Shown: positions 19,351-29,630, numbered from the stretch's first letter. The stretch: 64,000 bases of DNA from Candidatus Pelagibacter sp. (GCA_013823725.1 PNMQ01000002.1:275823-339822); one strand, 5' to 3'. The notes: generated by a model from the letters alone, not told the origin. Program-made: numbers and translations.

Positions 19351-21270
19351 TTGTCAAACTCTCGCTTATTCGTCTTGTTATGTGTCGTCACAATCCTTTC
19401 TGGATGTGACAACTGGCTCAAAAATCAATTAGATGATACAGATCCCACTGGATCCAATCCTCTTCTTTACGATGTTACATTGCAGGGTATTGAAGACTCA
19501 AAAATTCTTGACGAACTTAATTCAGCTTCAAAATTAAAAAAAATTGTTTTTAACAAGCCATCGACAGAATTTGCGTTACAAAAAAGAATTGATTCTGACA
19601 AAAATCTATTCCTAAAGATTTTACATAAATATGGATATTTTGATGCACAAATTAATATCAAAATAGCAGAAAATAAAAAATCAAATAATACAAAACAAAA
19701 AGCAAAAGTCAGAATAATTTTTCAAATTAAAACCTATTCTAAATATATCATCAAAGATATTTCCATAGAGATGAGCATACAAGAAAAAGAAGGCTTTAAT
19801 AAAAATTTAGATTCAATCACAATCACTAGATTAAATAAATCAACAGATCTAAATTTAGAAGAAATACAAAATGCACGAAGTAATATTATTTTGTACTTTC
19901 AAAAATTAGGATACCCCTTTGTTAGCACTCACAACCCGATTGGATATATCAACTCAAAAGATAAAAATGTTCGCATCATATTCCCTATCAAACTTGGGCC
20001 CAAAACATTTTTTGGAAAAGTTAATATCACTGGCAATAAAAAAATCAAAAAACAATTTATCATGAATAGAATCCAGTGGATTGAAAACGATCTTTATAAT
20101 CAAGAAAAAGTAAATAATACCATTACTGAATTAATGAAAACTCAAATTATATCTCAGGTTAAAATTCAACCCTCAGAACCAATAAAAGATAACTCAGACT
20201 CTGCTGATACAACACGTATCTCTTCACCCCATATAGAAATAGAAGTTGAAGAAACACCTATGAAATCTGTCAGTATAGGTGCTCGTTATTCTACATCGAC
20301 CTCTTTTGGAGGGCAACTAATGTGGAATCATAAAAATTTATTTGGCGCTGGTGAATCTCTTGAATTATCAGCAAGAAATGCTATTCGAGAGCAGATTATA
20401 CAAACTAGTTTGAAGATTCCAGATTTTATGCATCCAAACTACACCCTAAATCTTCGCCAACAGTACGTTAAAGAAAAAACAAGATCCTATAAAGCAAAAG
20501 TCATAGGTTCTTATCTAGACATAACCTATAAATTCACAAAAAACCTTAGATTAATATTAGGGATTATATACGAAACTATAAAAACTCGTTCATTTGCTGA
20601 AGAACTTAAAACACACAAATTTTCTGTTCAACATTATGGACTTAATTCAGGATTTTCAGCAGACTATTCTAATGATGCTCTTAATCCAACAAAGGGATTT
20701 AAGCTATCTTCTAACATTAAACCGTACTGGTCCCGTAACGATAAAAGTTCAAATATTATAGATTGGACATCGCAAGGTTCAATTTATTTACCTATAATTC
20801 AGAATCAATTTAAAAATACAAACTTTGTTATAGCATCAAATCTTAAAGTTGGAATGATTCTTATGAAAGACTTTAAAAACGAAGCTGTTCCCAATCGTCG
20901 ATTCTATAGTGGTGGACCCAATTCTATAAGGTCATATGGATACCAAAAAATTGGGCCGTTAGACATTAATGGTGTGCCTATTGGGGGACGATCTCTTACA
21001 GAATGGATCGTTGAAATGAGGTCTCAATTCACAGACACAGTAGGCGCTGTTGCGTTTTTTGAAGCAGGAACAGTTATGAAAAAGGGATCTCCAATATTAA
21101 CAGGGACAGACACCATGTATGGAACAGGTTTGGGCTTAAGATATTTTAGCAGCATGGGTCCTGTAAGATGCGATGTCGGTTTTCCACTTAAAAGAAGAAG
21201 AATACCCGGCAATTCAAGGCCCATAGATTCTGCATTTCAAGTTGTTATATCTATTGGCCAATCCTTTTAA
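19351..21270 (+). CDS. Omp85-family outer-membrane protein (TamA/BamA-like)
   Basis: POTRA-like N-terminal half. C-terminal Bac_surface_Ag pattern RFYSGGPNSIRSYGYQKIGP and a terminal aromatic residue (GQSF). TTG start. N-terminus contains the lipobox-like ILSGC. Confidence 0.75.
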   Translation: MSNSRLFVLLCVVTILSGCDNWLKNQLDDTDPTGSNPLLYDVTLQGIEDSKILDELNSASKLKKIVFNKPSTEFALQKRIDSDKNLFLKILHKYGYFDAQINIKIAENKKSNNTKQKAKVRIIFQIKTYSKYIIKDISIEMSIQEKEGFNKNLDSITITRLNKSTDLNLEEIQNARSNIILYFQKLGYPFVSTHNPIGYINSKDKNVRIIFPIKLGPKTFFGKVNITGNKKIKKQFIMNRIQWIENDLYNQEKVNNTITELMKTQIISQVKIQPSEPIKDNSDSADTTRISSPHIEIEVEETPMKSVSIGARYSTSTSFGGQLMWNHKNLFGAGESLELSARNAIREQIIQTSLKIPDFMHPNYTLNLRQQYVKEKTRSYKAKVIGSYLDITYKFTKNLRLILGIIYETIKTRSFAEELKTHKFSVQHYGLNSGFSADYSNDALNPTKGFKLSSNIKPYWSRNDKSSNIIDWTSQGSIYLPIIQNQFKNTNFVIASNLKVGMILMKDFKNEAVPNRRFYSGGPNSIRSYGYQKIGPLDINGVPIGGRSLTEWIVEMRSQFTDTVGAVAFFEAGTVMKKGSPILTGTDTMYGTGLGLRYFSSMGPVRCDVGFPLKRRRIPGNSRPIDSAFQVVISIGQSF

Positions 21271-21299
21271 TTTAGGAAGCTATTGAGTTTCTTAACTAC

Positions 21300-22328
21300 C
21301 TATCCAGCAATCTTTAAAGTTTTATAATCAATCTTAGATTGAGGACGACTTTTCAACCACGTGTTAAACCCCAACACCAAAGGATATGAAGTATTCTTCT
21401 TTAAAATGAGGTAAGGGATTTCTTTAGGGTGTAGTTTCAGTTGTATAAATATCTTTCTTCCATATTTAAAAAAACTTCTGCATAATACTTTAAACATCTG
21501 GTAGTGTGAAGAATCTTCTTTTTGATTGGGGCAAAAATCCAAATAAGTTTCATAAGATAAATTTGAAATAGTAATTATAACTTTGCCACAAACGTCCCAC
21601 ATTTTGTGACCTAAATAAGTCTGCTGTCCTAATTTATTCCAAGACGATTTTTTTAGTCCAATACGAGTCCTATCATTTTCTTGAATTTCAATGAATGTTC
21701 CAATAAAATTTTTAATTTCAATTTCAAGACTAAAATAATAAATTAGAAGTCGCTCAATCTGATGAATTGATAGTTCATTTTGAGAAAAAAGCTGTAAGAA
21801 ACCTGTGTAAGATTTCAAATTTTCAGGCATTTCATTAGCAACACCTACTAAGCGCGTTAGTACTGTGCCATAAAGTGTCTCTGAAGCCGGTTGATGGATT
21901 AAAGCAGGGTGAATCTTTTTTTGAAAATGGTACCAAAGACGTGCAAGACGGTGCTGGAAAATATCCAAAAAATCCACAAAACTATGATCCTTTTCACGTA
22001 AACGATCAAGCAATATTTCTGTATAAGGAATAGGTAGAGGACCATTTGAACCCGCAAGTGTTAAAAAATTAATCCACAAAGTTTTCTTTTGACCTGATAC
22101 ATCACATTTCCATAATGGTGATGCCTGAGGTGCCATCGCAATATGTCCCTTAATCTGAACGGGATCAAAATCAAAATGTTTGCAAAGATCAAAATTTTTA
22201 TTTTTCTCATGGTCCTTTAAATACACTAGCTCTAGTAAATGCATAGCTTGATCAAAATCAAATCTATACGCCTCTTGGTCTAAAGCTTTCTTTAAATCAA
22301 CTCTTTTGTTCCCGATAGAGGATTCCAT
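21300..22328 (-). CDS. tssG: Type VI secretion baseplate protein
   Basis: N-terminal TssG signature YRFDFDQAMHLLE, about 340 aa. Sits immediately downstream of tssF and overlaps it by 37 nt. Confidence 0.8.
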   Translation of the reverse strand: MESSIGNKRVDLKKALDQEAYRFDFDQAMHLLELVYLKDHEKNKNFDLCKHFDFDPVQIKGHIAMAPQASPLWKCDVSGQKKTLWINFLTLAGSNGPLPIPYTEILLDRLREKDHSFVDFLDIFQHRLARLWYHFQKKIHPALIHQPASETLYGTVLTRLVGVANEMPENLKSYTGFLQLFSQNELSIHQIERLLIYYFSLEIEIKNFIGTFIEIQENDRTRIGLKKSSWNKLGQQTYLGHKMWDVCGKVIITISNLSYETYLDFCPNQKEDSSHYQMFKVLCRSFFKYGRKIFIQLKLHPKEIPYLILKKNTSYPLVLGFNTWLKSRPQSKIDYKTLKIAG

Positions 22329-24151
22329 CTATAGTACTCTTTTTGATTGTGAACATTAACCAAGACCATCTCTACAAATGAATGATAGGGGATGTGCAAA
22401 GCTAGATAATTTCTTAAAATTAAAGAAAAGATAAAAGTATCGTTTTCCTTATATTGATTCAGATCAAACCCTATTTTGATCTCTAATCCTTCACTAAACC
22501 CTTTCCAAAGATTATCTCCCATGCGTCGGACAATTTTTTTAACTTCAAAAATCTGAATACTTTCTATCACATTTTTCTGTTTTGATTGTTGGGAAGAATA
22601 CAACTTTAAGCGGTCTTTTAACAAAATATGCTGATCTGGCAAATCAACAAGTGTTAGAAAATGCGATGACAATGCTGACACTAATTTCCATAAATCTTCT
22701 GATTCTTCTGCAGAATCAACCTGTGACGTTGGTAGAATCAAGTTTTCAATAAATTTAACAGGATAATTTTCATCAAAACTATAAACGCCTTCCGATCTAA
22801 TTTTAGAAGCTTCATGACGATTTGTACAATAGGTATTTGCAAAAATTACTCTTATAGCAGCATCGACTGGGTTTAATTGCCTGTCAATGATCGATAAATA
22901 ACAATCTTTACCCTGATGTGCACCATACGAAACGTGACGATCTAGCCAAAAAATAGCGGCATTTTGCTGATGATGCTTTGCCGTAAAATAGGGAGGAATA
23001 ACAAGGGTTTCTCCAGAATTTTCGTCATGAGTATAGACCTTGTCTATGGCAAAGATTTCAAAATTCTTTTCTCTTCTTTGATCTGGAACTAATTTATATT
23101 CGCTTCTCTTATAATCTAATTTTATAGGATCAGTGGTCTTTTCAAATACATTAATGATAGGTGTGCAATTTAAACGAAAATACTTTGCATCTAAGGGTAT
23201 AGAATCAAGCCTATAAGACGATGTTACGGGTAGATAAATATTTATAGTTATCTTCTTGTTATCGTCTAAATGTTTAGCTTGTAATCGCAAACTTTCAAAT
23301 AAGTTTTTAATTTTAAAAAATAAAAACTTTTCAGGAAAGTGAAAAAATTCTTTCATCAATGCATGAGAGTGGCAACTATAGCCTGGAATAGGTAAACTAG
23401 TTTGATCTATTTCCATTCCATATGGTTGAATTGATCTTTCAGGCAAAGATGCAAAATGTTCAATTTGGTTTTCATCACTTATTCCAATTATTGGAACACT
23501 ATGATTTTGAGCTATTAAAATTTGATAAATTTGTGCTGCTGTTGAATAATGTCCCGATATATGTAAAACAAGTTCGTCTAGATGATTTTTTTGAATATCC
23601 TCAAAAGTGTAGTCCAAAGCTAAAGAAAGTTTCAAATAATGCATAGGGACTATATCGCGTGTCTTTACTATAACTCTTGTTGCAGATACAAATTCAGCAT
23701 CTGTAATCTTTCCATGACACAGTGAAACAGGGTAGACGGTCTGAAATCTACACAAAACATCTTCTTTATTGCGTACACCTAAATAAGATCCTTTTTTAAT
23801 AACAGGAATTGTATCTTGCGAATCAAGTGGATGTGGATGAATTTGTACCATGCACATTGACGGAAAAGGAGACGTTAAATGAGGACTTGTAATATTGAGT
23901 AATGAAGAGGCTACACGATTAGAATGAAAATCTATTTTTTGATGAAGCTTTGCTGTCAAAAAAGCAAAGGATTCAATGAGCCTTTCAGTATGAGGATCAC
24001 CCGAGACTTTATCAGATAAATCCAATTTACGAGCAGCATTAGGGTGTTGCTTTGAAAATGCATGACCAGCCTGCCTTAGATAAGACAGTTCCGTCTGATA
24101 ATACTGGAGAAATGTTTCGTCGTTCGAGTCTGACATAAAACAATCATTCAT
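22292..24151 (-). CDS. tssF: Type VI secretion baseplate protein
   Basis: N-terminal TssF signature LQYYQTELSYLRQAGHAFSKQHPNAARKL ... DPHTERLIESFAFLTAKLHQKID. 619 aa, the typical TssF size. Confidence 0.85.
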   Translation of the reverse strand: MNDCFMSDSNDETFLQYYQTELSYLRQAGHAFSKQHPNAARKLDLSDKVSGDPHTERLIESFAFLTAKLHQKIDFHSNRVASSLLNITSPHLTSPFPSMCMVQIHPHPLDSQDTIPVIKKGSYLGVRNKEDVLCRFQTVYPVSLCHGKITDAEFVSATRVIVKTRDIVPMHYLKLSLALDYTFEDIQKNHLDELVLHISGHYSTAAQIYQILIAQNHSVPIIGISDENQIEHFASLPERSIQPYGMEIDQTSLPIPGYSCHSHALMKEFFHFPEKFLFFKIKNLFESLRLQAKHLDDNKKITINIYLPVTSSYRLDSIPLDAKYFRLNCTPIINVFEKTTDPIKLDYKRSEYKLVPDQRREKNFEIFAIDKVYTHDENSGETLVIPPYFTAKHHQQNAAIFWLDRHVSYGAHQGKDCYLSIIDRQLNPVDAAIRVIFANTYCTNRHEASKIRSEGVYSFDENYPVKFIENLILPTSQVDSAEESEDLWKLVSALSSHFLTLVDLPDQHILLKDRLKLYSSQQSKQKNVIESIQIFEVKKIVRRMGDNLWKGFSEGLEIKIGFDLNQYKENDTFIFSLILRNYLALHIPYHSFVEMVLVNVHNQKEYYRWNPLSGTKELI

Positions 24152-24331
24152 CTATTTGTATAAATATAACAAATTTTAGATGAAATTATAATAATTTATT
24201 TCAATGCAAAAAAGATAAGATGTTTCAATCCGCCCGATTTTTATTTTATTCCACTATTTTGGGAAAAAAAATAAGTGCTAAAGTAAGTATCTATGTAAAA
24301 TAAAGTGAAAACTTTCAAACAGCTTCAATCA

Positions 24332-25657
24332 TTATACAACCTCAATTTTAACATCGACAGAACCATCAAAGAATTCTAGTTGTAGCTGCTTGTCACTTGC
24401 CAATGACTGAACGTCAGAAACAGATGAAACAAGATGTTTATCCGCTTTAATAAGGCAAAAACCACGTTTTAAGGTTTGGTGATAATCGGCTTGCTGTAAC
24501 CGTGAAGAAATTTGATCTAAAGATGTTCCATAATCTTTAATTTGACTATTCATAGTATACGCCAAATTTTGACTGAAATGTTTAAGTCTTTGTTCTAATG
24601 AGGTTAGAGCATTTAATGTTGTTTGAGAAGACAGTAAAGGAATCAATCGCTGCTTATTTAACACCGTATTAGTCATGACACGGTTTAAACGTTCTGTTAA
24701 ATCGTCCAGCTTTATCATATAAGCTTCAACCGCAAATTTAGGACGATCCAATCCACGATTGAAATGTTCTAATTTTAGCTTTGCTATTTGCAAAACACGA
24801 CCCATATAATTATCTAAAATGGTATGGAAATTCTGTAATCGTTGTTTTAACTCAAATCGATGTGGCGTTACAATTTCAGCAGCACCAGTGGGTGTAGGTG
24901 CTCTCATATCGCAGACATAATCGCATAATGTAAAATCGGTTTCGTGACCTACTGCAGACACTGTTGGTATAGCACTTTGATACAAAGCATCAATCAAACC
25001 TTCATCGTTAAAAGACCATAAATCTTCAAAGCTACCGCCTCCCCTTGCAATAATAATCACATCGGGTCGCATATATTGCGGCAAAGCATTCATACCTTTT
25101 ACTGCTGCTGATAATTCTTGGGCGGAAGTAGCGCCTTGAACATTTGCTGGCCACAATAGAACTTCACAAGGGTATCTATCTTGTATTCGGTGTAAAATAT
25201 CTTGAATAACAGCCCCAGTAGGAGAGGTAATAACACCAATCCTTTGGACATATTTAGGCAAAAGTCTTTTTTGTTTAAAATAGCCAAGTTCTTCAAATTT
25301 TTTGCGACGTTCTAAAAATAAATTAAATAAATCACCTTTACCAAATAGTTCTAAACCATCCACAACAATTTGATATTTAGAACGACCAGGATAGGTTGTA
25401 ATTCGCCCTGTGGCATAAACAGACAAACCATCTGATGGTGCAAAGGCAACGGCTGTGCCTCTCCACATCACAGCATCAATCAAAGCATCAGCATCTTTCA
25501 ATGCAAAATAAGAATGGCCCGATGAATGTTTTTTAAAACCTGAAATTTCCCCCTGAATTTTGACACGAAAAAAACGTTCTTCAACGCATTTTTTCAACGC
25601 AAAACTTAAAGACGATACAGTATAAACATTCTCTTTTTCTTTTAAAGCAAAAGTCAT
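24332..25657 (-). CDS. xseA: Exodeoxyribonuclease VII large subunit
   Basis: N-terminal OB-fold pattern (VKIQGEISGFKKHSSGHSYFALKD), catalytic-region motif ARGGGSFEDLWSFND, and a long helical C-terminus. Confidence 0.9.
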   Translation of the reverse strand: MTFALKEKENVYTVSSLSFALKKCVEERFFRVKIQGEISGFKKHSSGHSYFALKDADALIDAVMWRGTAVAFAPSDGLSVYATGRITTYPGRSKYQIVVDGLELFGKGDLFNLFLERRKKFEELGYFKQKRLLPKYVQRIGVITSPTGAVIQDILHRIQDRYPCEVLLWPANVQGATSAQELSAAVKGMNALPQYMRPDVIIIARGGGSFEDLWSFNDEGLIDALYQSAIPTVSAVGHETDFTLCDYVCDMRAPTPTGAAEIVTPHRFELKQRLQNFHTILDNYMGRVLQIAKLKLEHFNRGLDRPKFAVEAYMIKLDDLTERLNRVMTNTVLNKQRLIPLLSSQTTLNALTSLEQRLKHFSQNLAYTMNSQIKDYGTSLDQISSRLQQADYHQTLKRGFCLIKADKHLVSSVSDVQSLASDKQLQLEFFDGSVDVKIEVV

Positions 25658-25773
25658 TATTTTAATAAAAACGAAATCTATATAATAAAATAAATGAAAA
25701 CACTAAAAAATCATAGACATTTCTTGATTAAAGTTTAAAATGTAAGCTTTACAATACTGAATTTAGGCTCACT

Positions 25774-26775
25774 ATGAAATTTCTCGACGAATGCAAAATT
25801 TTTATACAATCAGGTCATGGTGGTGCTGGATGTATAAGTTTCAGACGTGAAAAATTTATTGAGTACGGTGGCCCCGATGGCGGCAATGGTGGCAAAGGAG
25901 GATCGGTTTATATCACTGCTGTGCAGAATCTAAACACCCTTATTGATTTTCGCTACAAACAACATTTCAAAGCACAGACAGGTCATCACGGAATGGGCGC
26001 CAATAGAACGGGTCCTCATGGTGAAGATATTATTCTTAATGTTCCAGTTGGCACACAAATTTTTGAAGATGATAAAGAAACATTAATCAAAGATATGCTG
26101 GTTCCCAACGAAACGTTCATTATTCTTAGAGGTGGTGATGGTGGATTTGGAAATGCCCATTACAAAACATCAACCAATCAAGCACCTCGTAAATCGACCC
26201 CAGGCTGGCCAGGAGAAGAAAAATGGATTTGGCTTCATCTTAAATTGATTGCAGACGTAGGTCTTATCGGATTACCCAATGCAGGTAAATCTTCCTTCCT
26301 GTCTGTCGCAACACGCGCAAAACCAAAAATTGCAGATTATCCTTTTACAACTCTTAATCCTCAACTTGGTGTTGTTTCAGCCTATGATAAAGAATTTGTT
26401 TTAGCTGATATTCCTGGTCTTATCGAAGATGCTCACCTAGGACATGGTTTAGGAACAAGATTTTTAGGACACATCGAACGTTGCGAAACACTGATACATT
26501 TAATTGATTGTACCAGTGAAAACATTATAGGCGATTACGGAATTGTTCGAAAAGAACTAGAATGTTACGATGAAACTCTATCAAAAAAACAAGAAATTAT
26601 AGTGCTTAATAAATCCGACCTTTTGTTAGATGAAGAACTTGAAGAAAAAATTATTGAGCTAAAAAAACTTTTACCGGGTTGTACCATTTTGACGTGTTCA
26701 ACTGCTACTAGACAAGGTATTAAAAGTGTTCTTGAAAAAGCGTATAAGAATTTAAACAAAGAAGAAGCACTATAA
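25774..26775 (+). CDS. obg: GTPase Obg/CgtA
   Basis: Obg-fold glycine repeats [14 protein letters not shown]. GTPase motifs G1 [10 protein letters not shown]3 DIPGLIE and G4 NKSD. Confidence 0.95.
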   Translation: MKFLDECKIFIQSGHGGAGCISFRREKFIEYGGPDGGNGGKGGSVYITAVQNLNTLIDFRYKQHFKAQTGHHGMGANRTGPHGEDIILNVPVGTQIFEDDKETLIKDMLVPNETFIILRGGDGGFGNAHYKTSTNQAPRKSTPGWPGEEKWIWLHLKLIADVGLIGLPNAGKSSFLSVATRAKPKIADYPFTTLNPQLGVVSAYDKEFVLADIPGLIEDAHLGHGLGTRFLGHIERCETLIHLIDCTSENIIGDYGIVRKELECYDETLSKKQEIIVLNKSDLLLDEELEEKIIELKKLLPGCTILTCSTATRQGIKSVLEKAYKNLNKEEAL

Positions 26776-26778
26776 AAA

Positions 26779-27963
26779 ATGAAAAAAACATTATTTATCA
26801 TTTGTATTATAGTAAACGTAAATATACAGTGTCCATGGAGTGCCAAACTTTCGCCACAACATATACTAAAATTAACTCAATATATAAATGACCCGTCGAT
26901 AAGTGAAGTTGAAATGCCATTCAATGATCATTTGAGTTTGAGCATGAGCAGAGAATACGGTTTTCAGACATACAAACTAATATACAAAACAAAACTAGCT
27001 AATTCAGTTGAAATTGTATCTGATATGGGTACTTTTTGTTTAATAAATCAAAAAGTCAAGAATGGACAAAGAGTTTTATTAACTTCACATGAACCCTCAC
27101 CCTATTCTCCTGATTTGCACTCAATTCAAAGAAAAAAGCATTTATATTCTTTAATACTACACAGTAGTAAAGCCGTTTGCGAAAATAATAACTACCAACA
27201 TCATCTAGGTGGTTTTTTGTTTAACAATTATTTTGGTGGCTTTACTAGATTTTCCCCTGAAAAAGAATTTGCTGTATCACATCTTTGTAGCTTTTCTTAC
27301 GGTGCAGCCTCAAATAATCCTTACAAACTTCACACCAATGTTTCATTAAATTATTTAATGCGCAAAGAGCTTATTGATAGAAAGACGGAAATTCATACTC
27401 CAGGGTTAAAACTAGCTTTCTTTGTATCAAATAGACCTAATATTCCTGATGAATATAGGGCTCTAAAAATTCCTACGAATATAGGTAAAGCAGAGGCATT
27501 GTATAGTTCACAATTTCATATTGTGATTGAAAATTGTTGTGAGATAGATTATTTTTCAGAAAAAATCATCGAACCGATTTTAAATAAATCTATTCCTATT
27601 TATATTGGTTGCCCTAATATAGGTGAATATTTTGACAAAAGAGGAATGTTTATAGCTAATAATGTAGATGATTTGATAAGAATTATTAACAATCTCACAC
27701 CTGAAACATATCAAAAAATGTCACAATACATAGAAATTAATTATCAAAAAGCATTAAAAATGAAAAATGAAAATCAGTTAATAAAAACTATTAAATCACA
27801 ATATTCTACAAATAGTGAACAGTCAAATCATTTAATTTTAATTACAAAATTTTCTGGTCATTTAAAAATGCTTGCTCATATTTTATCTGCAGACGCAAGT
27901 TTTGACTTTATAGAATTTATTGATAATTTTAATAAAATTCTACAGAATCATAATTTTAAGTAG
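26779..27963 (+). CDS. GT10 (alpha-1,3-fucosyltransferase)-like glycosyltransferase, paralog 1
   Basis: C-terminal FHIVIENCCEIDYFSEKIIEPILNKSIPIYIGCP fits the GT10 motif F-x-x-x-F-E-N-S-x4-Y-x-T-E-K ... P-[IV]-Y-x-G. Compare H. pylori FucT, CFENSQGYGYVTEKIIDAYFSHTIPIYWGSP. Hydrophobic N-terminus. Paralog of 48457-49851. Confidence 0.6.
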   Translation: MKKTLFIICIIVNVNIQCPWSAKLSPQHILKLTQYINDPSISEVEMPFNDHLSLSMSREYGFQTYKLIYKTKLANSVEIVSDMGTFCLINQKVKNGQRVLLTSHEPSPYSPDLHSIQRKKHLYSLILHSSKAVCENNNYQHHLGGFLFNNYFGGFTRFSPEKEFAVSHLCSFSYGAASNNPYKLHTNVSLNYLMRKELIDRKTEIHTPGLKLAFFVSNRPNIPDEYRALKIPTNIGKAEALYSSQFHIVIENCCEIDYFSEKIIEPILNKSIPIYIGCPNIGEYFDKRGMFIANNVDDLIRIINNLTPETYQKMSQYIEINYQKALKMKNENQLIKTIKSQYSTNSEQSNHLILITKFSGHLKMLAHILSADASFDFIEFIDNFNKILQNHNFK

Positions 27964-28038
27964 AATGAAAAAATTAAGTTTTTATATACAGCCATATATA
28001 CTTTAACAAGATCATATTTTTTTGTAGAGACTCATTTT

Positions 28039-28602
28039 ATGTCAGACAACAACATTCAATCACCTGAAGAAGCCATTCAGTATTTATTAGAATGGATAGG
28101 TGAGAACCCTAATCGTGAAGGTTTAAAACAAACACCAACAAGATTGATGCGTGCTTATCAAGAATACTTTAAGGGATACGTTGAAAATCCAGCTGATTAT
28201 CTTCTTACGCATTTTGAAGAAGTCGAAGGATACCGTGAGCCCGTCCTTTTAAAAGGAATCCCCTTTTATTCTCATTGCGAACATCACATGGCACCTATTC
28301 ATGGTATTGTTAACATTGCCTATATACCGAACAAAAAAGTTGTAGGCATTAGTAAACTGGCCCGTGTTGTTGAATCTTTTGCTAGACGATTACAAATACA
28401 AGAAAAAATGACAGCACAAATTGCAAATTGCATTCAAGAAACGCTAGAACCTCAAGGTGTTGCCGTACATATCAGCGGGGTTCATCATTGCATGCTAGGC
28501 AGAGGTGTTAATCTTAAAAGCACAGAACTGGTTACCTCTCATTATACAGGGCTTTACCAAAACGATGAATCTCTTAAAAAAGATTTCAAAATACAGTGTT
28601 AA
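28039..28602 (+). CDS. folE: GTP cyclohydrolase I
   Basis: Signature FYSHCEHHMAPIHG and ERRLQIQE-like RRLQIQEKMT. 187 aa. Confidence 0.95.
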   Translation: MSDNNIQSPEEAIQYLLEWIGENPNREGLKQTPTRLMRAYQEYFKGYVENPADYLLTHFEEVEGYREPVLLKGIPFYSHCEHHMAPIHGIVNIAYIPNKKVVGISKLARVVESFARRLQIQEKMTAQIANCIQETLEPQGVAVHISGVHHCMLGRGVNLKSTELVTSHYTGLYQNDESLKKDFKIQC

Positions 28603-28736
28603 GAAGACTCCTAGTTGAAGATGAATCAGAATATTTAATTGCTTTTCAGAATATTATATTTTTATTTACTATACACATTGATATTTTTGATCAAAGTAAA
28701 TATAATAATTCAAAATATTAGTCATATTAGGTACAC

Positions 28737-29630
28737 ATGAAACTATCAAAAGTTTATTTATTAGCCCAAAGCGTTATAGCAGTTACTTCTCATTTATCTG
28801 CATCTGAATTGTCAGAAATTAATCCTATCCCATCTAATAACACAAACGTAATCGTTCATGTTTGGAATCACGATGTCGGCCCTGTTACGGGAGGAACATT
28901 TATGGAACACCAAGCCGTTGTAAGAGATCATGTGGGTGGCAAGCAATGTGGAAGCGGACTTTTCCAGATACCAAAGTATTATAATGAAAATAAGGAATTC
29001 CTTATGTTTGAAGGAGGTTTTCCTCTGTTTGATATAAAAATTTCACTTATAGTAAAAACAACAGATGGTAAGGAAATAGAAGTTTCATCAGATCAAAGAC
29101 TAAAACTTCCTGGTGAATATGTTAGCATAGATACAGGAATGCTTAAGTCTTCCATACATTGCATTAAAAGTGTATTAAAAGCTTGTTCCTATGGTTTTAC
29201 AACAGGAGGAGGAAGTGTTTGGATACATCGTGATATAATAGAAATTAGTGAAGAAGCTGCGGTTATCCAACGTAAAATTAGCGTCAATACTCCCATAGAT
29301 TTTGTAGCATCATGGCCAACACAAATGATAGACCACGATTCAGAAGCTCTGTTATTTTTTGAACATTCTCCTTCTTATGAACCAATCATCACATCAAAAG
29401 AACAATTAGATCCTCAGTGGAAAAAGACTTTAGGTCTTTACGTTCATAATACAGATCCTTATAAAGGCTATGGTATATGTTTTCCAACAAGAGGATTCAA
29501 CAGATATTATGATGGAGCTTCAGCAACTGCTGATTATTTCAAATTAGGAACAGATTTTGAATTTTACGCTGGTCATAGCCTGCATACAAAGCCTTATCCA
29601 GTAACACAAGAAGAGTGGTTAATAAAATAG
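28737..29630 (+). CDS. Hypothetical exported protein
   Basis: 297-aa ORF with signal-like N-terminus MKLSKVYLLAQSVIAVTSHLSA. No motif recognised. Confidence 0.6.
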   Translation: MKLSKVYLLAQSVIAVTSHLSASELSEINPIPSNNTNVIVHVWNHDVGPVTGGTFMEHQAVVRDHVGGKQCGSGLFQIPKYYNENKEFLMFEGGFPLFDIKISLIVKTTDGKEIEVSSDQRLKLPGEYVSIDTGMLKSSIHCIKSVLKACSYGFTTGGGSVWIHRDIIEISEEAAVIQRKISVNTPIDFVASWPTQMIDHDSEALLFFEHSPSYEPIITSKEQLDPQWKKTLGLYVHNTDPYKGYGICFPTRGFNRYYDGASATADYFKLGTDFEFYAGHSLHTKPYPVTQEEWLIK

